DNA from: Candidatus Latescibacterota bacterium
GTDB taxonomy: Bacteria > Latescibacterota > UBA2968
Length of the DNA stretch: 64,000 bases
Direction: 5' to 3'
Assembly: GCA_965222605.1 (NCBI GenBank)
Contig: OZ244960.1
Location: 544,001 to 608,000, forward strand
Shown: one piece after another, positions 19,201-26,753 of the stretch
How positions within the stretch are numbered: position 1 is the stretch's first letter
Layout of the letters: every line of letters begins with the position of its first letter
The notes under the pieces: generated by a model
Told to the model about the DNA's origin: nothing
The model's database searches: none
What the model saw: the letters and a program-made list of their open reading frames with translations, nothing else
Translations under genes and position numbers: made by a program

Positions 19201-21780
19201 AATAGACTGCGTTCCTGAACTACTTTCACCGCTCCCCGTCACTACCACAACATATTCATTATTACCCGCATCATTTAACGGAGAAGTACTCGCCACATCC
19301 AGCGGATCCTCATAATTCGGTACATCATTAAACATCAATAAACCACTCTCAGAGATAGAAAATTTATCCCCATCTGAACCGCCAGACACAGTATAACCAG
19401 ACACGGCACCACCGATAGACCGACCCCTTAACCGAGAAACTTCAGAAGCATCCGGACTGCCCGGCACTATCCCATAACGGAAATTAAATACATTCTCCCC
19501 TAAATCCTTAACCTTCACATGAGCGTAGTACGTCCCTTCACATAAAGAAACTATTATCCTTTTCTTGGAAGGATCGGAAGGATCGTTCGACGTTCCGAGA
19601 GGCAACTCACTACCGTCTGCATCCTCCAATATCAAATCAGTGTCAACATCCAACTGCCTCAAGCCAATATTTAGCACCTTCGGTTGGGTCAAAACAAAAC
19701 GATAATACTTCTCATGATTCCCATCTCCGAGAGACTCATTATTCTCAAAATACCCCTTACCCGACGTTAAACCCGTTATATCCCCCAAATCTTTGAACTC
19801 CGACGGCCTCCGATAAATCCTTGCAGACACAGTGCCAACATTAGAACTGTTTTCCTCCACACCAAACGCATCTGCACTCACAAAAGAAACCTGTTCATTA
19901 CCCCAGGTAACACTCGGCTCAAATACAAAAACTGCGACAACTTCCGGCGACAATGTTATTGAATTGGAGACCTTTTCAAACGCAAGACCTCTTCTTCTAT
20001 CACTTGTATTTTGAATGTCTCCCATTGAAATTTGAACGTCTCCGAGTGTTACAGTAATATCGTTATCCGCTGTCGCATCAATCCTGGTCGCGGTCACGAC
20101 AGAACTGCTCATAGACCCGGCAGAAATCGTCACAACATTATTATCAACGTCCAACGTTCCGCCAGAAACTGTAACGGGAACATTAAGATCGAAAGGTGCG
20201 CCTGTATGAACCTTCGCAAAAAACTTATCAGAAGTCCCATCCGAATTTTGGATTCTCTCAAGGCTTACTCGCATATTCAGAGGATCAACACTATTACTCC
20301 GAAAATCCAATTTTAGCAGATTTACCATATTATAGAAAAGACTGTCTGGTAACGCGGAAAGCTTATTCCCTTGCAAATCTAAAAAAATCAAATTTGATGA
20401 AACGTCGGCAAAATCTCTTGAACTGAGACTCGCAATCTTATTGGACGCAAGATACAAATCAAGAACTAGCACCCCCGACAAATCATCCAAAGGCAAAGAT
20501 GAAACACTTGTAATATCGTTGCTATTCAACCTCAAAATCCTAAGTTTTGTCAAAGGCTCAAAAGTATTGTCCTGAAGACTCGTTATATTATTATCCTCTA
20601 ATGACAAGGCCGAAAGACTATCCAATCCTCCAAACGCCCCTGCATGAATATCTGAAATATTGCCTCCACTAACCTCCAAAGTCTTTAACTTCGACATTCC
20701 CACAAAAACATTGTTGTCAAGCGTTGTTAAACTGTTGTTTATTAACCTCAGACGTCTTAACTCTGACAGTCCCGAAAAATCTCCAACTTTCAAAGCCGAA
20801 ATAGAACTCTCCGAACTGCCATATATCGCTAATCGATTCGTTAGATTAGACAAGTCTTGTTCTGTGACACTCCCACAATCTGTTGCACCGAGAGCCGTTA
20901 CTATCGCGTCGCGCACTTGCGGGGTGCGATCACAGACGCTGAGAAAATCAGAAGAGGTAGCAACACGCTTAGTAGCGTAAGGTTGGTCAATGGTGTCAAC
21001 AGACTTGCCAAAGCTACTGACAAAGATCAAGAAGTCATCAAATGCAATTTCGCCATTGCCATCCAGATCGTACTTTGTCTCGTACTTTCCATCGTTAAGT
21101 CGAGATCCAAAAACACTTACTAAAAACAAAAAGTCGGGAAAATCTACAGTCCCACTCCCGTCAAAGTCTGGGGAAGAGGCTGCAGCGACCCGTAGGGCAA
21201 CACTGAGGGATAGAGGCACTGCCTCAGATTGTTCCCCCCGGCCAAGCTCAGCACGCACCAACCGAATCTCTGTGCCCAAAAACGCATCCGTGGTCAAAAA
21301 ACGCAGTGTACCCATCAGACCGCTGTTGACTGTTGCAGAGCCACCCAAAGACGCCAGGTTGATCTGGACAAAGCTCGCTTGTCCCGGCGTGCGTGAAACG
21401 GCAGTTGAATCCCCTTTCTGGACCCGGACATTGGGCAACACATCACCTGTATCAAACCCTTCGTAAACAACCTGAGTGGCATCGTATTCAATACGAACAG
21501 AAAGATCGCTCGCATTTTGGATATCTGTACCAAAAATCTGAATGGAAACATCCTGATCGGGAGATACATTGAGAGAGTGCATGGCCTGACCGCCCACAGC
21601 CTCATCCAAATCCAGAGAAAGAGAAAAACTACTGGTCTGTGAGGAAGGAGAAAACGATTGAATCAATAGGACGGCGAGTGTAACTGCAAAAATCGAGGCA
21701 TAGGCAGATCGTCTGCGAAGTAGTAATTTCTGCATGTTGAATTCCTCACACTTGTAATGAGCACGACATGAACGACATGA

Positions 21781-21853
21781 TTTACATTGTGCATTTGGGT
21801 CGAACGAGGTTTATCTGGCAGGACCTGTCCTCGTTCGGCTTTTATTTTTCATT
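21781..21853. repeat. 73-bp direct repeat copy A with hairpin + U-tract (plus strand)
   Basis: Matches 22987-23059 with 3 substitutions; stem gtcgaacgagg/cctcgttcggc followed by ttttattttt. Confidence 0.9.
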
Positions 21854-22877
21854 CTTCACCTTTGTTCGCCCCACAGGATTCCCGCACGATTAGATGCGAT
21901 TTCAAAGTTATTTGCCGAGGCGGATTCTGCCCCTCGAGTTGCTCCAGCATCAGATCCATCGCAGCCTGAGCAATCGCCCCGTAGGGGGTTACCAGTGTGG
22001 TCAGTGCTGGCATCATATAAGCCGCCACGTCAATATCTCCGTGACCCACTACAGCCACATCATCGGGTACGCGCAGACCCAATTCTTGTAGCCCTCTACA
22101 AACGCCTATGGCTGTATAATCGTCTCGGCACACAAGAGCTGTAAACTTGTCGCCGAGTTCTTTGCCCAGGAGATACCCTCCCTCTGCATAGATGGTGGGG
22201 AAAGGTATGTGTTCAGGCGTCAGGCCGTGCTTTTGCATCGCTAAAAGATACCCCTTACCCTTGGATGAAACCTGGCTGGTCTCATTCCAGTCCTCTCCGA
22301 TAAACCCGATCTGCTCGTGACCCAACTCAATCAAATGCTCTGTGGCCTCGTAAAAATCTGCTACCTGATCCAACACAACCCCGCTCAGATTTTCAGTCGG
22401 GTAGTGAAAGGTCACCACGGGCACTCGTCCCCTCACGATGTTCAAAATACGCTCTGATTCTTCTTCATCGCCCCGCGTGTGAATCAAGAGCCCGTCTATG
22501 CCCCGAGAAATCAACTGCCTGATCTGCAGGATCTGGTCGTCAAGTGGATCCTGAGGAAGCCGGTTAGCGGCCATTCTCAGCAGAATCTGATAATCATGCT
22601 CGTCAGCCACTCTCAAAATCTGGTCGGTCTGATGTCCAAACGTCTCCAAAGCAATATGGTAGGTCAGCAGACCCAGTGTGCCCGCCTTTCCCATCACCAT
22701 CCCCCGCGCCATCAAATTGGGACTGTAGTCCATATCGGCGGCTGTTTGTCGCACCAGATCTCGGGTCTGCGTCTTCACCACTATCGACGCATGCGGAGAC
22801 AATGCCCTTGAGACTGTTGAATACGAAATCCCCAACTTCCTTGCAATGTCCTTGATGGTAACTTGCCTCTTTTTCAT
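21849..22877 (-). CDS. LacI-family transcriptional regulator (paralog 1)
   Basis: HTH 'TIKDIARKLGISYSTVSRAL', YSPN, 'VPDDVAVVG', 'LIVRESCG'. Confidence 0.95.
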   Translation of the reverse strand: MKKRQVTIKDIARKLGISYSTVSRALSPHASIVVKTQTRDLVRQTAADMDYSPNLMARGMVMGKAGTLGLLTYHIALETFGHQTDQILRVADEHDYQILLRMAANRLPQDPLDDQILQIRQLISRGIDGLLIHTRGDEEESERILNIVRGRVPVVTFHYPTENLSGVVLDQVADFYEATEHLIELGHEQIGFIGEDWNETSQVSSKGKGYLLAMQKHGLTPEHIPFPTIYAEGGYLLGKELGDKFTALVCRDDYTAIGVCRGLQELGLRVPDDVAVVGHGDIDVAAYMMPALTTLVTPYGAIAQAAMDLMLEQLEGQNPPRQITLKSHLIVRESCGANKGEE

Positions 22878-22986
22878 TTGCTAATCCTTTCGCCAGGCAA
22901 GTAACATAGATGCTGCCTGATCGGTTTTGGTTTTTTCTGTCGCTTAATGCTCTCCCTTAAACTATATTGTAGCCAACACGATGTGG

Positions 22987-23059
22987 TTTACATTGTGCAT
23001 TTGGGTCGAATGGGGTTTGTCTGGCAGGACCTGTCCTCGTTCGGCTTTTATTTTTCATT
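22987..23059. repeat. 73-bp direct repeat copy B
   Basis: See copy A; lies in the 5' leader of lacI paralog 1. Confidence 0.9.
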
Positions 23060-23072
23060 ATACAATACATAA

Positions 23073-23094
23073 TTGACACATACGTTTGCATCAA
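23073..23094. promoter_or_regulatory. LacI-type operator (imperfect palindrome)
   Basis: ttgacacatacgtttgcatcaa, centred on ACGT, with one TGCAAACG-like half-site; overlaps the predicted transcription start of lacI-1. Confidence 0.6.
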
Positions 23095-23099
23095 TACTC

Positions 23100-23128
23100 A
23101 GAATAATCAATCACATTTCAGATGTCAA
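23100..23128 (-). promoter_or_regulatory. Sigma70 promoter upstream of lacI paralog 1
   Basis: TTGACA-17 bp-TATTCT on the minus strand; a second TTGACA at 23164-23169. Confidence 0.7.
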
Positions 23129-23181
23129 GTACTATTTGAACATTTCCATAAAATTTTTCCCAATGTCAAGCATTTCTTCGA

Positions 23182-24210
23182 TCATTTTTCACCTTTGTTC
23201 GCCCCGCAGGATTCCCGCACGATTAGCTTAGATTTCAAGGTCACTTGCCGAGGCTTATCCTGCCCCTGAAGTTGTTCCAGCATCAGATCCATCGCAGCCT
23301 GAGCAATCGCCTCGTGCGGGATTACCATTGTGGTCAGTGATGGCGTCACATAAGCCGATACGTCAATATCTCCGCGACCCACTACAGCCACATCATCGGG
23401 TACGCGAAAACCCAATTCCCGTAGCCCTCTACAAACGCCTATCGCTGTATAATCGTCCCGGCACAAAAGGGCCGTAAACCGGTCACCGAGTTCTTTGCCC
23501 AGGCGATATCCCGATTCTGTACGGATGGTGGGAACAGGTGTGTGTTTTGGCGTCAGGCCGTACTTTTCCATCGCCAGGCCATACCCCTTAGCCTTGTTTG
23601 AAAGCGGGCTGCCATCATTCCAGTGGGAACCGAGAAACCCGATCCGCTCGTGACCCAACCCGATCAAATGCTCTGTGGCCTCGTAATAATCCGCTGCAAG
23701 GTCCAGCACGACCCCGCTCAGGTCTTGAGTCGGAAAGCGAAGGGTCACCACGGGCATCTGTCCCTTCACGATATCCAAAATACGCTCTGATTCTTCTTCA
23801 TCGCCCCGCGTGCGAATCAACAGTCCGTCTATACCCCGAGAAATCAACTGCTTGATCTGTAAAGTCTGGTCGTCCATCGGAGTCAAAGGAAGCCGGTTAG
23901 AGGCCAGTCTCAGCAGAATCTGATAATTCTGCTTGTCAGCCGCTTTCAGAATCTGGTCAGTCTCACGTCCAAGCGTCTCCAAAGCAATCTGGTGGGTCAG
24001 CAGACCCAGTGTACCTGTCTTCCCCATCACCATCCCCCGCGCTATCAAATTGGGACTATAGTCCATCTCGGCGGCTGTTTTTTCTACCAGTTTTCGGGTC
24101 TTTTCCTTCACCAATACCGATGCGTGTGGAGACAGAGCGCGTGAAACTGTTGAATACGAAATCCCCAACTTCCTCGCAATATCTTTGATGGTAGCTTGTT
24201 TTTTTTTCAT
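23182..24210 (-). CDS. LacI-family transcriptional regulator (paralog 2)
   Basis: Same length (342 aa) and identical HTH to paralog 1. Confidence 0.95.
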   Translation of the reverse strand: MKKKQATIKDIARKLGISYSTVSRALSPHASVLVKEKTRKLVEKTAAEMDYSPNLIARGMVMGKTGTLGLLTHQIALETLGRETDQILKAADKQNYQILLRLASNRLPLTPMDDQTLQIKQLISRGIDGLLIRTRGDEEESERILDIVKGQMPVVTLRFPTQDLSGVVLDLAADYYEATEHLIGLGHERIGFLGSHWNDGSPLSNKAKGYGLAMEKYGLTPKHTPVPTIRTESGYRLGKELGDRFTALLCRDDYTAIGVCRGLRELGFRVPDDVAVVGRGDIDVSAYVTPSLTTMVIPHEAIAQAAMDLMLEQLQGQDKPRQVTLKSKLIVRESCGANKGEK

Positions 24211-24439
24211 TGGTTAATCCCACAATTAAGCGACATAAATGAGAGGGCATAATTTACGAGCAAACTGCTGTGATGTGACTTCGGAATGGATGATAATATA
24301 TCATCTATAAACAGATATACTTTTTTTACTGATTAGTTAACAGTATCTTAGAAACAAAGAGTGATATATCATCCTGGGACAATATATCGCCCTCATTAAA
24401 AAATAACAAGTTCTAATTTCTCAAATCGCCCTGCTGCGC

Positions 24440-24468
24440 TTGACAACGCTCGCCCCCCCCCTTAACTT
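24440..24468 (+). promoter_or_regulatory. Sigma70 promoter with C9 tract in the spacer
   Basis: TTGACA(24440)-17 bp-TAACTT(24463); homopolymer C9 at 24453-24461. Confidence 0.65.
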
Positions 24469-24505
24469 TCAACATCTACTCACTGTATTCTTTACGGATA
24501 TCCCC

Positions 24506-25606
24506 ATGACCACCCGTCTGTATTTCACCCTTGTCTTCCTGCTGGGATTTGTTGCCCCTGCCAACGCGCAAGGCGATCCCACCGAGATACCCGCACGCTA
24601 CGATCTGGCTCGCATGTCGCTGGAAGACGGCGAGGTTCATTATGCCGAACAACAATTCCTTAAAATCCTCAAAATTGACCCCAAACACGCGCCTACACAT
24701 TTAATTTTGGGTCGCCTCTATCACCTTCAGAAGCGCAACGCCAATGCTTACCGCCACCTCAAAACCTATCTCGAGCTCTCGCCTGAAGCACCCGACAAAA
24801 CCGCGATCCGCACCTTGCTCAATACCATCGCCGACAGCCTGAAGGCATCCGGCAAAGGCTGGGTCATCATCGATCCGTCAACGCCCTGGCGTCCATCTGT
24901 CCCACCCCAACCCGACGAACTCGGTTTTGTATCCATCCAGGGCGGAACCTTTTTGATGGGCGGAACCTTTGAAAACGAAAAACCCATCCGTCTGGTCGCA
25001 GTGGCCGATTTCGAACTCCTGAACCACGAAGTCACCAACGCCGAATACTTTGCCTTCACCAGAGCCACGGCCCATCCCTCGCCCGAACACTGGCGCGAAG
25101 ACTGGTTCTGGATATCTGAGTTCGGCACCCACCCCGTTGTCAATATCACCCATTACGACGCCGAAGCTTATTGCCACTGGCTGGACGCGCGCTTGCCCAC
25201 CGAAGCCGAGTGGGAATACGCTTGCCGCGCGGGCCGCACCCAGGCCAAATATCCCTGGGGCGACGACCCACCCGACGAACAAAAGGCCAATTACGGACGC
25301 ATCTTCAAAACGCCTTATCCCACAAGAGCTGTCAAATCCCACCCTCCCAATGCCTACGGTCTCTACGACATGGCCGGCAATGTGTGGGAGTGGTGTGCTG
25401 ATTGGTACGATCCAAACTATTACAAAAACGCCCCCTCCGATAACCCCAAAGGTCCGGACAAGGGCTTCGATTATCAACACACGCGCAGGGGCGGACAATG
25501 GCAGTCCTCCCCTCATTCCCTGCGTTGTGCCCGCCGCTATGGGGGCGAGCCTTCGGCTCAGGACAACGGCAGCATGGCCTACTTCGGCTTTCGCTGTGCC
25601 CGTTAA
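24506..25606 (+). CDS. TPR + FGE-sulfatase (SUMF1/EgtB/PvdO) domain protein
   Basis: Signal peptide, TPRs, 'EVTNAEY', 'RLPTEAEWEYACR', 'NAYGLYDMAGNVWEW', terminal GFRCAR. Confidence 0.9.
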   Translation: MTTRLYFTLVFLLGFVAPANAQGDPTEIPARYDLARMSLEDGEVHYAEQQFLKILKIDPKHAPTHLILGRLYHLQKRNANAYRHLKTYLELSPEAPDKTAIRTLLNTIADSLKASGKGWVIIDPSTPWRPSVPPQPDELGFVSIQGGTFLMGGTFENEKPIRLVAVADFELLNHEVTNAEYFAFTRATAHPSPEHWREDWFWISEFGTHPVVNITHYDAEAYCHWLDARLPTEAEWEYACRAGRTQAKYPWGDDPPDEQKANYGRIFKTPYPTRAVKSHPPNAYGLYDMAGNVWEWCADWYDPNYYKNAPSDNPKGPDKGFDYQHTRRGGQWQSSPHSLRCARRYGGEPSAQDNGSMAYFGFRCAR

Positions 25607-25619
25607 AAGAGAGACCGCC

Positions 25620-26687
25620 ATGGCAATCCGCCTCACATTTCTCTGTGCTCTCCTGGTCGCTCTTCCGATAGCCGTATATAGCGGAGGCATCCCCCGCGTG
25701 CCATTGGGCCATGACGAAATCCGCTATCTCAACAGCATTCCCAAAGACAATCCCCTCACCCAAACCAAAATAGCCCTGGGCAAACTCCTCTTTTTCGACA
25801 AGCGGCTCTCCAGAGATGGCAGCATAGCCTGTGGCTCTTGCCACCAGCCCCATCGCGCCTTTACCGATGGCCGCGTCTTGCCCACAGGTATTGACGGTCA
25901 GACTCCCAAACGCAATGCACCCACCTTAATCAACCGGGCATATGGCACGGCTTATTTTTTCGATGGCAGGGCTGCTTCCCTTGAAGAACAGGCTCTCATC
26001 CCCATCCAGAGTCCCTCAGAAATGGGCAACACCATCGATCATGTCGTCGCCACTTTATCGGCCATCTCCGGTTACCGCGCCCACTTCAAAGCCGCCTTTA
26101 GAGACAGCACCATCACGCCCGACCGCATCGCCAAAGCCTTAGCCGCTTTCGAACGCACACTCATCTCTGGCGAATCGCCCTACGACCTGTTTGAATACGG
26201 CGGCCCCAAAGGCTCCATGTCCAAATCTGCCATCCGGGGCCTGCGCCTCTTTCGCACCAAAGCGCGTTGTACACTCTGCCACATGGGGTTCAACTATACC
26301 GACGAAGACTTCCACAACATCGGTACGGGCTGGGATCGCGCCGATCTTTCCACTTACGAAAAAATCGGCAACCTGAAAGACATTAAAGGTATCGATCCAG
26401 GGCGATATGCACAAACCCAAAAACCAGAACACTTTGGCGCAATGAAAACGCCCACCCTGCGCGAAGTCGCACGCACAGCCCCCTATATGCACAACGGCAG
26501 CATCAAAACCCTGCAAGAAATCATCGAATTTTACGACAAAGGCGGTACCCCCAATCCCTTCCTCGACGAATTGATCTCCCCCCTCAACCTCACCGACGCC
26601 GAAAAACAGGACCTGATCGCCTTCCTCAAAGCACTCAACGGCAGCAACTGGCTCCACATCGAGCCGCCATTTAGCTTCCCCAAGTGA
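25620..26687 (+). CDS. Diheme cytochrome c peroxidase / MauG-MbnH family protein
   Basis: 'LGKLLFFDKRLS', CGSCH and CTLCH, 'RNAPTL', 'KTPTLREVARTAPYMHNG'; signal peptide from ATG 25620. Confidence 0.9.
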   Translation: MAIRLTFLCALLVALPIAVYSGGIPRVPLGHDEIRYLNSIPKDNPLTQTKIALGKLLFFDKRLSRDGSIACGSCHQPHRAFTDGRVLPTGIDGQTPKRNAPTLINRAYGTAYFFDGRAASLEEQALIPIQSPSEMGNTIDHVVATLSAISGYRAHFKAAFRDSTITPDRIAKALAAFERTLISGESPYDLFEYGGPKGSMSKSAIRGLRLFRTKARCTLCHMGFNYTDEDFHNIGTGWDRADLSTYEKIGNLKDIKGIDPGRYAQTQKPEHFGAMKTPTLREVARTAPYMHNGSIKTLQEIIEFYDKGGTPNPFLDELISPLNLTDAEKQDLIAFLKALNGSNWLHIEPPFSFPK

Positions 26688-26753
26688 GTGGAAACATAAG
26701 CCTTAACTATTGAGAATTGTCGCATCACCCAATTACACGTCCTCTGAAGTGTT

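Larger units (their letters stand above)
16365..21735 (-). pseudogene. Large multidomain surface/adhesin protein (cohesin-like, dockerin/EF-hand-like, LRR, PPC-like, cadherin, FN3, YWTD), frameshifted near 16968 and 3'-truncated
   Basis: The 1600 aa ORF (16933-21735) and 182 aa ORF (16365-16913) join into a continuous FN3 (IRVRATNAEGQGEWSE...) if one base of the C4 run at 16967-16970 is removed. The product ends just after the 'DYDDDDDGLIEV...CTGYELTKDLDF' motif. The frameshift could be a sequencing error. Confidence 0.7.

Noticed and set aside
21763-21780. 9-bp tandem repeat acgacatga x2 upstream of the adhesin
   Set aside because: Only two short units; no functional evidence beyond local slippage.
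24506-25606. FGE/CLec-fold C-terminus as a diversity-generating retroelement target
   Set aside because: No template repeat with adenine-specific differences and no reverse transcriptase in the window.
25050-25619. 190-aa N-terminal extension of the peroxidase in the ORF track
   Set aside because: It overlaps the FGE gene in another frame; the real start with signal peptide is ATG 25620.
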